A stretch of 64,000 nucleotides of DNA, taken from Vicugna vicugna (taxonomy: Eukaryota). Both the position numbers and the translations under genes were made by a program. Below, one piece after another: positions 51,148-64,000 of the stretch (its first letter is position 1; each line of letters starts with the position of its first letter). Where the stretch lies: contig MU058844.1 of assembly GCA_013265495.1 (NCBI GenBank), positions 12,112,184 to 12,176,183 on the forward strand, read 5' to 3'. A model generated the notes under the pieces. The model was not told the DNA's origin. It made no database searches and worked only from the letters and a program-made list of their open reading frames with translations.

Positions 51148-52560
51148 TTTTTCAAAAAATGGTGCTGGAACAACTGGACATTCACCAAAAAGAAGTATCC
51201 AGACATTAATTTACACCCATTACAAAAATCACAAAAGTTCATTCAAAATGGACCACAGAGCAAAATGCAAAATATAAAACTCTAAAACTCCCAGAGGAAA
51301 ACGTAAGAGAACATTAGATGATTTAGGGTTTGATGAGTGACTTTTTAGATACAACAACACAGGCATGATCCATGAAAGAAGGAATTGATAAGCTAGACCT
51401 CAAATTATTCAAAAAATCAATTTTTTCCAACAAAAGACACTGTCAAGACAATGAAAAAGACAAGACAGAAACAAGGAGAAAACATTTTCAAAATATCTGG
51501 TAAAAGCCTAACTATTAAAATTCAGCAATAATAAAATAAACAACCTAAAACTTTAAAATTGACCAAAGATCTTAACAGACACTTCACTAAAAAAGATATA
51601 AAAATAGCAAAGAAATAAATGCAAAAAATGCTCCACATTATATGTCATCAGGGAAATGCAAATTAAAACACTCAGGAGATACCACAACACACCTATTAGA
51701 ATGGCCAGAATCCAAAACACTGACAATAACAAACGCTGGTGAGGGTGTGGAGCAACAGGAATTCGCATCCACCGTTGGTGGGAATGTAAAATGGTACAGC
51801 TACTTTGGAAGAATTTCATGGTTTCTTACAAAACTAAACACGCCCTAAGCATATGGTCCAGCAATCACACTCCTCGGTATTTATCAAAAGGAGTTAAAAT
51901 TTATGTCCACACAAAAACCTGCACACAAATGTTTATAGCAGCTTTATTTAAAACTGCCAAAGATTGGAAGCAACTAAGATGTCCTTCAGTAAGTGAATGG
52001 ATAAACTGTGGTACACCTAGACAATGCTTTTTTGACAGTGTGAAAAGAAATGAGCTGTCAAGCCATGAAAAGACACGGAGGAAACAAAAATCCTAATACT
52101 AAGTGAAAGAAGCCAGTCTGAATAGGCTACATGTTGTCCGATTCCAACTACGTGACAGTCTGGAAAAGGAAAAACTATAAAGACAGTAAAAAGATCAGTG
52201 GTTGCAAGGGACTAGGGGGTGAGGGGGGAATAAGCGGAGTACAGAGCATTTTCAGGGCAGTGAAACTCCTCTTTTTGATATCATAACAGCGGATACATGT
52301 CATTATAAACTTGTCCACACCCACAGAATGTACACTACCAAGAATGAATCCTGATGTAAACTATGGACTTTAGGAGACAATGATGTGTCTATGTAGATTC
52401 ATCACTTGTCATAAATGTATCACTCTGATGGGGGATATTGATAAGGCGGGATGGCTAAATGCCTGTGGGTTCAGGAGATATTTAGAAAATCTCTGTACCT
52501 TCTCAATTTTGTTGTAAACCTAAAACTTCTCCAAAAAATAAAGTCTGTTTTTAAAATAAA
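51148..52560 (+). mobile_element. L1MC1-like element (ORF2 C-terminal remnant plus 3'UTR)
   Basis: ORF remnants resemble the L1 ORF2 C-terminus (KIYVHTKTCTQMFIAALF...WKQLRCPSVSEWIN); 3' end aaatctctgtaccttctcaattttgttgtaaacctaaaac. Confidence 0.85.
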
Positions 52561-52904
52561 GAGGTATACAGATACATATTGTAATGTAAATTCCTCAAGA
52601 GCAAGGATATGATCTTTTGTGCCTAGTACACTGTAAACACTCCATAAATACTGATAAGGCAGTGAGTCTCGATGGGAAAGGTGAGTAATGTAAATCTCAG
52701 AACAAAAAAGGCAGCTGTTATAGTCACATACATGTATACCTACACGTATACATATATGCATGCATATGTATATATCCATTTTTATATATTCACATATATT
52801 TTTTTGACTAACATAACAAAATAGATCGATGAAGGGCCCCTTGCCTCTCTTGACTGTGGGAAACAACTGAAGACATTAGAAGAGGCTTTGGTGGCTTGGA
52901 TTTG

Positions 52905-53187
52905 TTTTCCTACACGTTCACTCCGTGACAACCTCTGTGATGCCCCTCCCTGCAGGAAGATTTGCCAGTTTAACTCAGCCATAGCTACATGACTTGATTT
53001 GGCCAATGAACAGCAGGCGGAAGTGATACCCACTTCTGGCTTTGAGAACCAGTACACTGTGCATTAACTCCTCTCTGACACGAGACCAGCAATGTTCTAC
53101 TGCCTTTTCTCAATAGAGAAACATTTATTTTTGCAAGGTGCTAAGATGCGGGGGTTGTTAATGCAGCATATCCCAGCCTGTGCTGAC
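52905..53187 (+). mobile_element. MLT1 (MLT1J/H-like) MaLR LTR
   Basis: catgacttgatttggccaatgaacagcaggcggaagtgat...gggttgttaatgcagcatatcccagcc. Confidence 0.6.
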
Positions 53188-53370
53188 AGGGGTATGCCAT
53201 TAGAACTTAAAGTTTGGAGGTTAATATATATATATATTTTCCACATGGTTCTGCTATCTTTTTCCCCAATTTACACACATGATCTACAACCAGAATACTG
53301 CAGCAGAGAAGTATGACTCCCTGAGTCTTTTTCTTTGCCCTTAAGACATTTTTTACATCTAATCTTCCTA

Positions 53371-53414
53371 GGTTTTATTAATGTTACTTATGGGTTTTAT
53401 TAATGTTACTTATG
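53371..53414. repeat. Perfect 22-bp tandem duplication
   Basis: ggttttattaatgttacttatg twice. Confidence 0.95.
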
Positions 53415-56238
53415 AGGGGAAAGTAAAAGAAAAAATAAACCATATTCAAACTTTCACGCCTAAAATCTTGAAAGCTTTCAAATATTTAGGCCCTGTGTTT
53501 TGTTTAAAATGATAATCAAAACTTACAATTATAAGATCCATGAAATTATTCTAAGTATTTTAAATAAGTACTTAACATTCACCACATGTAAATCAGGAGG
53601 CCTTGACAAGAAATTGGAAGTCATGGGTATGGACTTCAGTCCTGCTCTATAGCAGCTGCATTTTGAGATGCCAGTCCTACCCACATCCTTTATTTGGAAA
53701 CTTACTACCCTGTGAAAGTGCAGCCACATTTGTGAAAGTGAATGGTTTATCTTTATACCAAGTGACTTCAGACAACCAGCTCCCAGGCTGCAAGGCCAGG
53801 TCTAAATGGACTTCATTTCCAAGTCATCAGTATCTATGAGACTGAATTATACGATATCTCCTATGATAGACTGAGAGGATTTTTAAAAGAATATGGCAAG
53901 AAAAAAATCTTGATTAAACATGTGCACTTTAAGTGAATTACTCTCTGTGCCTGAGTCTCCTGAGCTGTAGAATGGATTAAAATATCCTTGCTTGATTGTT
54001 CGGATAGTCAAATAATGTGAAGATGGGCAACTATATGGCAGTGATTGATCTGAAAAGAAATGTCAGAGGAGCAGTTCAAATCATTCCTGAAGTAAACATT
54101 CTTCTTAATTTTCAGGCAAGGAAATTACTAGGAATCAAATTTCCACTATAAGAACCATACCTACTATATTTATCTTAAATTTGTCAAATTTTATGAGTGT
54201 ATTTAACTTATAATGCATTAAAACTTCCCATGTAGTTAATAGAAATACAGTATTTTAAAATTAAGGATACAGGCTTAAAAGCATAATTTTAGTATTTTAG
54301 ACAATAGTAAATTTTAACTGAAACTCAATGTTATAACCAGTAATTGTTTGATACAACTATCTGGTCCTAGCTTAGAAACTCAACATCCTTTGAAAGAATC
54401 GTTTCTTTGGAAAAGTATAATGTGCTTTAAGTTTTCTGGAAATGCTTATAGAAAAAACCTAGAACTGATAGGAACCCACACTTGGGGGAGGAAGGAGGAG
54501 TACACTGGGCCTAAGCATACCTTTTAGGTGCCCGGGGGATTTTTATTTTCCTTCCTGTACACAGCCCAGAGAATGTTTACTGGGTGAACCATCATCCTGG
54601 TTACTTAACCTCACAAACATCATGTTTAGTAAGAACCATCCTTCTGCAGGAGGTGTTTTCTTTAAAGGAAAACATTGACATTTCTCCCCAAAATGACTTG
54701 AAGAAACTTAGCGAATATTTCCAGCAAGTATATTTTAATACACTAGATAAATTCTAACTAACTTATGGTTCAGCTTCCAAAAGCAAGACTGAATATTAAC
54801 CGCTCACTAACCATGCACCTCATTTTAGAGACAATGTTATTCCCTGATACTCTTTTTTCAGGACCCCAAAAGTTATACCCAACTGTCTACCATGTTCTGA
54901 ACTGCCTTGTTAGAGACAATTTTCAACATTATTTTACTATCTTAGATCACTTTTTTGTGGATCCAAATTTGTAGAGTTATGGTTGGCTCCATGAAGCCAT
55001 TTTTAATAAAATATTTTAATCTTACAAACATTTTTAAGTTATCTCTTTCTTCTATGAGCCTGAAAATTGCTTGATAATGTGATAATTGCTTGGATGTCTC
55101 CTCCCGAAAAGACACTTAATACAGCGGCATCAGCATGGTAAGTGTAATGACCAAGCAGTGACAGTTCCAGCTTGAGCTTGATCTATTTCAATCTCAGCTA
55201 CAGGGACAAACAGACAGAAAGCATTTACAGCTACTCTTGGTGCCATTTGTTATATCTTAAATGTTATTTTCCGCACAGTTTTTCAGTTTCCTTTCCTCCT
55301 TAAAACGCTCAATTCATTGGAATTTTCTCAGGAGTCAACTTAAGAGAATTTAACCAGCACAGTAATGATCAAGTGGAACAAATGAAGTAAATGAGATCAT
55401 TCAGAACAAACAAGAAAAATCTTGGACTCTGAGTACCACACATTAAACATGCAACATGAATGGCTTCCTATTTCAATAAACACCTCAGAAAGTTACTCTA
55501 CTTGCAACTATAACGAGCAGTTATCTCTCTCAATAGACTATTATTAAATCAAAATAAAATTATCTGCCATTTCTGAGGCATTTGAAGCTGTAAAGCAAGG
55601 ATTATCAAAATAAGGTCAATGAATCATTGATGGTCTACCGATATTTACCAGGTGGCATTTAGAGAGACATGTTGAACTATTCATGTTTTGAATATATTAA
55701 TGAGAGCATTAACTTATTATAATTGCTGTTGATGAGGCATTAAGAAAGAACACTGTCCATCACCCCACTTACAGTAGTAACCTAAACATCTCTCTTGCCT
55801 TTGTCTCATCTCAGTTACAAGCATGACTTGACACCCTGGTTCTTTTGTCTGGAGTATGGAATGTTAAAAACATTAAACAAATCAAATATCAAAATGTACT
55901 TCAAAAAAAAATAGTACCCTTCAATGGAAAGATAGTCTTACTTAGAGCATAAAGAATAAGCAAAGATTTGATCCTTCTGGCCAATAAGGAAGACTTGTTC
56001 TGCTGAAGACATAGCAAGTTATGGGACAGCAATTATATTCCACAGAGAAGAGTGAAGAACTTCACTTCCAGCATTCCACAGAGCAGTGCAGTAGCAAAAT
56101 ATATAGAACAGCAGGAAAGATACTAAACCAAGAGTTATTGTTGACCAGTGTCTAAACTTTCATCAATTTCAGGAAGAGAAACTAAAAACATTCTGGAATG
56201 AGTCTATTAGTTTTAACAAAGACGTAACTGACTTAAAG

Positions 56239-56448
56239 CAGTGCTGTCCAATAGAGCTTTCTGTGGTGTTAGAAAGGTTCTACTCTGCTCTACTGAACAG
56301 GTAGCCATTCATCCAGGAGGCTCCTGAGAATCTGAAAAGTGGCTAGTGCAATTGAGAACCTACATTTTTAATTTTTAAAATTTTATTTAATTGTATTTAA
56401 TTCCAGTAGCCACATGGGGCTAGTGGCTACCATGTCAGACAGTGCAAG
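56239..56448. mobile_element. MER3 hAT-Charlie element
   Basis: cagtgctgtccaatagagctttctg...tagccacatggggctagtggctaccatgtcagacagtg. Confidence 0.85.
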
Positions 56449-57805
56449 TCTAAAAAATGTCATGGAACATAGGATGGCATGGTACAGAGAATGGGTGGGA
56501 AACACAAAGCAGGCGAATGAGGAGAAGAAAAGTATCAAGACCAGATGAACCCAAATGTGCCTGGGGATGGGGAGACACCAGTTCCTCAGGGAGAGGAAGG
56601 AGCTGATTGTATGTCAGAATCACACTGTCTTTTCTTTTGAATTTTCCAAGTATGTTTTCACATTTGAGCTGTTTAGCCTACTTCCTTACCATTCCACATG
56701 AAACATAGGTTCAAGCATTTTAGCAACGTTTATGAATAAGACAGAACATAACATTTAGCACATCTACTGTATACTGTAGGTAGTTAATAAATGTTGACTC
56801 TTTCCTTTTCAATATTAAAGTTACTCTTTCAGATATTAGTCGGGAAAGCTACTGGAGCCAGATAGAGCCAAGCAAAAATTACAGTTAGTATTCTTTGCCT
56901 CAAGGGTGCTGATCAGGTAAGTAATACTGTCACCCTATCTATAGAGAGGTACCTATACAAGGCCACTTCCTGCTCAGATGGCTCACATGCTGCAATAACT
57001 ATTAAGATGTGCACATACATTAAATTCATACAAATTGGGAATATTTTAACACATAATATGGCTTAGCTGTCAAGATATCTCAGCAGTATTTCAATGGTAG
57101 ATATGAGAACTAATTAAATGACTTATAATATTTAATAAGAGTCCATAATTCACAAGGAGAGATTCTTACTTCTATGAGTATAGATAAACCTACACTTGAG
57201 CTCAGAAATTTAAATGCGCAGTTAACAGGGGAAAATACATGTTGGAGGGAAATTAAGAATTTTAAGCATGAGAACACACAGTACAATCATTTTATCTTAC
57301 AGTTTTCTACACTTTCAGTAAAATTAATCTGAAAGACACAGAAAAACCAATCTTTTGAGTAGCTGTTAATAATTAAATTATTTAATAATGAATGATGCAT
57401 ATATATCAAGAGACAAATTATTCCCTTCATGTCTAGCGTATCTCATCACGTTTGAACTTTGATTATTACAATATAATAGAATTTTAGCTTGATTTTATGT
57501 TAAAGCTGCAAGATCTCAGCACTTTTTAATAATGAATTGGGAAAGAGAGTTTCATGTTTAGGCTCTAAAATGTTGCATTACTCACTGTCCGAAACGAAGT
57601 GATATTTCAAATAAAGCAAAACTGGAGTCCCGGCTCATCTGACCTTAAAAGTTCTGAGGGTCTTTAGGTTGAAAAAAATATGGGAATTTATAGACTGCAG
57701 TGCACCCCACAGCTTTTACAGACACCTCCAATGTCTCAAAGGTATAGGCTACATTCATGCTAGGGCCTTTCTTTCTCTTTGGAGAAAGAGGATGTAAAAA
57801 GGGGG

Positions 57806-57900
57806 ATATGTATGTGTGTATATATGGATATATTTGTATATACAGCTGTATATACTGTATACACATATGTATATATATATACTATATATACAGAGAGAGA
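57806..57900. repeat. Degenerate (TA/TG/CA)n low-complexity tract
   Basis: Direct reading. Confidence 0.8.
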
Positions 57901-58089
57901 GGACAAATGCTTGAATTCGTATCTGAAACATCAGGGAAAAAATTAACACTTTTTTTCAAACTGAAGTTTCATTATAGTGCCCAGTCTATTTGTTCCGCCT
58001 TCAATACCATCATTTTTCCTTCTTCGTATTTCTGTATGTGAGAGTTCTTTGAATTGTAAAGAATCTAGACAGTAAAGCAACACAACAAC

Positions 58090-58300
58090 AATCTTCAGTA
58101 AAGCACCTACCACATGCTAAGCATGATGTTAGGTGATTTATGTATTTTTTCTCTCCTTCTTAAAACAACTCAGGACAGGTGGGTATGGCTATCCCATTTT
58201 ACAGGCAATGGAATCGCAGGCTTAACAAGGTTGAATGGCCTGTCCAGGGTCATTTAGCTTGTGACCACAAGAGCTGGAAATCAAATCAAAGTTAGCAAAG
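58090..58300 (-). mobile_element. MIR SINE
   Basis: atcccattttacaggcaatggaatcgcaggcttaacaaggttgaatggcctgtccagggtca. Confidence 0.7.
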
Positions 58301-59194
58301 AGCCCTTGTCCGAAGGGGTTAGACAAGCTGTGACAGGGGCATAATGGAAGGAGTACCAGAGAAGAAACAAGAGGATGGGTATTTTCTCTTCCATGGACGA
58401 CCTCTGTCCTGATGCTAATACCTCTAGAGCAGCAGCATTCTCCACAGCATGCTGTAACAGCACACCTCCCTAGCATGACTGCTTCAGCATCAGTCAGTCC
58501 TGGTACTAATGCCTGGGTGCTTGCTAACAGCAAGAGAGAAAACTCCACAGTATAGTGTCACTCTGTGTAAGAAATGCAAGAAGTGAAGTTAAATCCTATG
58601 AGACCCCACTTTTGAAAAAGACCTTCAAGAGTCATTAATATCTCATCTTCTTTTTTTTTAATCTCTAGACAAATAACAAAAAGCTTAAAGACTTTTAAAA
58701 CACAATTCTTGGAAATAGATTTTTACCAGAATTATCTATGTGAGGTGAGAAAGTCAATATTTTGCTCTTTACAAAAGTTAAGTTTCTATGTATTAGAGCT
58801 AAAACATAAGGGTGTTAACAGTGTGAGTGTCTGCATAGGGTGAGTTTTTCTCCCACAGAGGTTTTATCATTTTTCTCATGAAAAGCAATGTTAATACAAG
58901 GACTGGGCATTACAAGCAGCCAATATGGCCCCTGGGCACCACCCCTGTACACAGGTGCCCACTAATTCCAGGTGCCAACACAGAGTTCACTATCAAACAC
59001 TAACTCTCAGTTCAGATTTCCTTCCTTTAATAGTTACTATAAAGAAAACTTCTCCCAGAACATCTTTCATACTCCATTTCATTAAGTTTCACTTTTCACA
59101 TGTCTAAGCAGAAGTTAGCAGAATGCTGAACTCGAAAACTGCCGTAATACTACCACTTAATACCTTAACACCAAAATCACAAACCAGAAAATTT

Positions 59195-60200
59195 TAAAAA
59201 CCAATTAACTGGACTTAAACCTAAAATTTTTCCACTTCAAAAGACACCAGTTAGAAAATTCTAAGACAAACCAGAGACTGTCAAAAATTATCTGTAAATC
59301 ATGTATCTGATAAAGGACATATATCTGGAACACATACAGAACTCTTACAACTCTATACTAAGTAGACAGACCAATTTAAAAACTGGCAAAGCCATTTGAT
59401 AGATCTGTTTTACCAAAGAAGAATGGCTAATAAGCACATGAAAAAGTGATCAACTCATTTATTCATTAGGAAATGAAAATTAAATCCACCATGAGATACC
59501 ACTATACTTCAACTAAAGATGGCCAAAATCAAAGACAGACAATACCAAATGTTGGTGAGAACATGGAGAACTGGAACCCTTATATATTTCTGATGGCAAC
59601 TGGTCTAGACACTTTTGGTCCAGGTTGGTAGTTTCTTAAAAATTCAACATAAACATATCATACAACTCAGCAATTCTACTCCTAGGAATCTACATAAGAG
59701 AGATGAAAACCTATGTTCACACAAAGGCTTGTAGAGAAATGCTCACAGCAGCATTATTCCTAACAGCCCAAAGAATGGAAACGATCCCAATGACCACACA
59801 TAAGTCAATGTGACATATCCCCACGACTGGACACGACCTAGCAATAAAACAGGGATGAGCTACTGATATCTGGTACAACATGGATAAACCTCAAAAACAT
59901 CATGTGAAGTGAAAGAAGCCAGGCACACACACATATTAAAAAAAAAAAAACTACATATTCTATGATCACATTTATATGAAATATCCAGAAAATGCAAATT
60001 TATAGGAAAACATATAAGTGATTACCTGGACTGTTGCTGCAAAAATGCCCATAGGAACTTGGATATTAATGGAAATTTTGTAAAACTGAGTTGTGATGTT
60101 GGTGGCATAACTCCATAAATGTACTAATTATTGAATTGTACACTGCAATGGGTGGGATTTTAGGGTATGTACAGTATACCTTTAGAAGTTTTAAAAATAA
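59195..60200 (+). mobile_element. Old L1 (L1MD/L1ME-like) 3' fragment
   Basis: catgtatctgataaaggac...atgagataccactatac...cagcaattctactcctaggaatctac...tggataaacctcaaaaacatcatg. Confidence 0.85.
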
Positions 60201-63200
60201 TAATGCCTTCCACAACTGTACATTTTTTTATTTTCTAATTGGAAAGTAAAGCTTAAATCCAGAGAAATTCAAAAGCTAATGTAAGAGACATCTGTGTGTC
60301 AGTCACCCAGAAATAAAATATGTTGACTTGCTTTATTTCGCTTCAATTCTTTTCATATGCATTAGATCTCATCTACTTCAATTCTGTAAAGGAAGCAGAA
60401 CTGTTATTATCCAAATTCTTTGTAAGTAGAAGCAGGCAGAAATATCAAGAGAATTAACTAAATCCATATATAATTAAGTCAACTAATCAAAATGAAAAAC
60501 ATTTTTAATAAAATTCTAATTTGGAGTCTTTCCACTCTTCCAAGTTTTAGTGCATTTAAAATTGACAAGCCAACCATAATTCATTTCTCCCTATAATTCA
60601 CAGGTAATTCCAAAGAATTAAAGGCTAGTAGAATGTTTATTCTCTTTGACAAGGTATATGATGTTAGTCAGAATGTTGGATTCCACCCTCCTAGAGGAAA
60701 GTCCTAGTTACAGCTTTGAGTTTTATGAAACCTCTTTGTTCCTGTCTTTCCTTTTATGAAAAACAGAGGAAAAAAAATAACGTCTTTTCTCCCTCACAGG
60801 GTTGTGACAGGCGTCACAGACAAATTATATTCATATCCTGTACATCTGTAACAAAGATTTGAAAGTTGTAATAAATCAGATGTAAAACTTCACTTCACTG
60901 GTTATTGAAAATGCCCCTCAAAATTGAGAATGTTGTTCAAACTGAACAACATGAGACAGGTGATGGCTAAAGTTAGAGATACCAGCTGATAAGAGCCAGC
61001 CCTGTCCTCAAGTAACTCAGGGCCCAGAGGTGAAAACAAGTCATTTCAATGCCATATGGTCAGTTCCTTTTTTCTATCCACCTAATATATTTATAGATTA
61101 CATGTGAGCATATTTTTTTTCCTGGTAAACATTTCTATATGCACAAATGGCTTCAGTTCTGCCAAACTGAAGTGCTACATCATAGTTTGATATGACTCAG
61201 ACTGCTGCTTCTTCATGAAAGTAATTTCAGAATGCTTCAAGACATCCTGAATTGAGCAGAAGACATATCAAGTTGCCTACAATAAGCATCTTAGTTAGTT
61301 ACCCGAAGATATAAATGTAGTTGCCTGATGACAACTACCTTGGATTTCAATGAGTTAAATATACAACATGGAAGACCTGGAGCTTTGAAAACAGTTTAAT
61401 TATTTGTAGTTAAAATTTGAAGTCCAGATTCAAGGAAAAAGGAACAATTCCAGTCCTCAATGGGATTTCTAATGAAAAGTTTGCTCAAAGCTTAGATGAG
61501 TAAACCAAATACATTTCCACAGCTGCTCCAATTAAATGTGGATAACTTAAGTAAACAAAAACTTTTGCATATGATCTCAATAGAAACAACCAAGTTTTGT
61601 GGATCCACGCTTAAGACTGAGTCAACTACGTGGTCGTTCCTCCCAGAGGTTGAATGCACACCACAGTGGTATTCTTTAACATACACTCAATTCTGTCTTC
61701 TTTGCCACTTCCAAAATGTTAGGAAATGTCTGTAATCTGTAAAAATGTTCCACCCAAACACGATGGCTTGAATATACTGGTCAATCATGTGCATTTTTGA
61801 AATGGTGAGCTGTGTTTCCACTTAACAGCCAGTTATTAAGAGCATCTGCTTGGTTGCGCTCAATGGAAGGGAAACCTGGTTGGCCACTGCAGAGGGACGT
61901 TTGTTTCCGTCCCAGAGAGTCCCCTGCTGTCCAGTGCTCTGCTTTTTCCTCATAAGCTTAAATGAATAGAACGTTCTTGGCTTTCTCTCTTCACAGGGAG
62001 TAGCCGCCAATAAGGTGATCATCATCAGTAATAATACAATGTTTTAACATGTCTACGCTGCTGTTAATCTGAAGAGACTGGAAAAAAATGTTAAGAAGTA
62101 CAGAATTCTCTACATCCATTTTATGAAACTTGGCCATTATTGAGGCAAAACAGAAGAAGTCATCAAACCCTCTAGATTTACTCTGCAACCAGAGAAAACC
62201 ACAGAATGGATGACTCAACAGAGGCCCCAAGAAGGCGATGAGAACTGCTGTCTGGGGCTGCGGCTTTCAACTTCTGGAGAACATGGTAACCTTTCAAACT
62301 GCTGACTGGCTCTGGAGCGTCCGCCTAGTTTTCCTATGAATCTATACATGAGGAACATTTCCATTGAATTCAAAAAAAGCTGTGCAGACACATCGAATAT
62401 TTTGGGCACTATGACGTTAAATGCAAAACAAATGTCAATGAGCACTGATCCTCTTTTTTTTTTAATTTAATAGCAATAATATCCACAGAACTCAAAACAG
62501 ATACATTTAATGAGATATTTGAGTCTGGAAATTTGGAAAATTATCAGTCCTGGACTTAAACGTCAAAAAGAATTCATGTTTGGTCCTGCACAGTTATTTG
62601 ACCTAGGGTTAGAGGGAAAACATGACATCTCTTCTTTGTTTTTTTGGAACCACTGAGGTGAAAGAGCTCTATTTGTAGGCACAGAATACTAAAGATAAAA
62701 AATAAGGAGAACGGCTGTATAATCAAGATTAAGAAAGTACAATTTAGTGATTCTTGGGGGATTCTGTCTCTGGAACACTGTAAGAAAATTTGACTACCAT
62801 TTCCATAGTTAGGGAGAGTAAATACATCTAAGAGTCTCCACAGTTCCTCAGTTTGACTGTAACTCCGTGACTCCAAATGGGTTTCCAATAGTCAGAGCAA
62901 ATAATCATGATAAAACTACTCTTCTCTGCAAGAGCTAGAACCATGGCAATCCCATACACCATCCAGAAGTGTCTCGAGGCTACTCATATAAGCATCTCTC
63001 AGTTTATCCGTGGTTCTTAATGCTATGAAGACCACCACTCAATGCCCTCACTTTTCAGATCTCTCATAGTGAAGCTGGCTTTAGATACTGTTCCAACTCT
63101 GAACTGTTGACACAAGTTAGTCACTAAGATTTTTCCTAATATAATCTGATATATGGCTTCAGATTTCCTCAGGTTGGTATATAATCAGTCATGTGGCACT

Positions 63201-64000
63201 GTCTCTAAAGTATACAGGATGTGCAAGTTTTCAGGGCCCAAAATAATATCTATGTATCACATTTTTCAAACCACAGCCATAAGGGGTATAAAAATTCCCC
63301 AGAGGATATCAGGCAGAGTTTAACACTGGTTGTTTACAATGCCTACTATGTCTCAGGTATGGCAATAAATAATGTGCTGAAAAAGTGAAGCAAATATGCT
63401 ACTTTGCTTTGTTTCAAGAGCAAGTCACTTTTTTTTTTTACTAGATCTGTAAGGAAACTAAATTTGTTTGATAAAACACAGAAATTCAGTCCTCTAGTCA
63501 AAATTTTCCTGCATCTGTCATGAAAGAAATCTGCACTCTCTTGAGAATGACTGGCTTATTACATGAGAGTTTTGTACATTTCTGAAAACATTTTTTTCTA
63601 ATCTCAAGGGCCTGAATTATTTTTGTAACTATTACCTCTGTAATGACATTTTAAATAAGATCATATGGTTTGACACTAAATTAGTTTCCAGTATTTTTCC
63701 AGGAACATAATTCTTCAAGATGGTTATAAAGAAGACCACTTACTGCAGTCAAGTTTGGGAAACACTGTGGTCTCCCACTGGTTGTTCTCAAAGCACAGTA
63801 ACATATTCAAGGCTCTGAGAAGTCTCGCGGTAAAGAACCCTTTTTAACCATTTAACCCAACATCCCGTGTATATATTAATCACAGGAAAACTTTCTCACG
63901 TGATTACAGCCTCTGGCAGCGGTGTCCCTATAACACACACTTCACTAACTGTGCTGCTGCTTTAACTCATAACATTTATCTGCATTATTTAAACAATTGA

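Noticed and set aside
49749..52096. Several ORFs with L1 ORF2-like peptides
   Set aside because: Fragmented remnants of truncated L1s, not genes
57586..57661. Possible minus-strand exon (ACA|GTGAGT donor)
   Set aside because: Ambiguous acceptor and no frame continuity with other candidates
8892..63902. Ten CACGTG E-boxes across the window
   Set aside because: Dispersed, some inside repeats; enrichment cannot be shown without a background calculation
1..64000. CRISPR arrays, operons or other prokaryotic systems
   Set aside because: Sequence is clearly mammalian; no regularly spaced repeat-spacer array or dense ORFs seen

Overview
This is mammalian, AT-rich, repeat-laden genomic DNA with no recognisable intact protein-coding gene, RNA gene or prokaryotic system. 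Two tRNA-derived SINEs of the Vic-1 type, plus cetartiodactyl-style L1 3' ends, point to a camelid (alpaca/llama/camel). Most of the window is interspersed repeats (L1, L2, MIR, MLT/ERV LTRs, hAT and Tc-mariner fossils) separated by unique non-coding DNA. It is probably a large intron, possibly of a minus-strand gene (an inference from L1 orientation and candidate splice sites), or intergenic DNA. The clearest protein-level signal is a decayed class I ERV env TM remnant (about 30775-31350) followed by its PPT and a MER31-like 3' LTR. Other notable structure: three head-to-tail L1s with abutting target-site duplications, an inverted SINE pair flanking a candidate exon, three frame-compatible candidate minus-strand exons, a perfect 28-bp palindrome, two apparent deletion scars and several CpG-retaining enhancer-like islands. 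Repeat family names are from memory of consensus sequences, and boundaries are approximate. No convincingly novel biological system could be supported.
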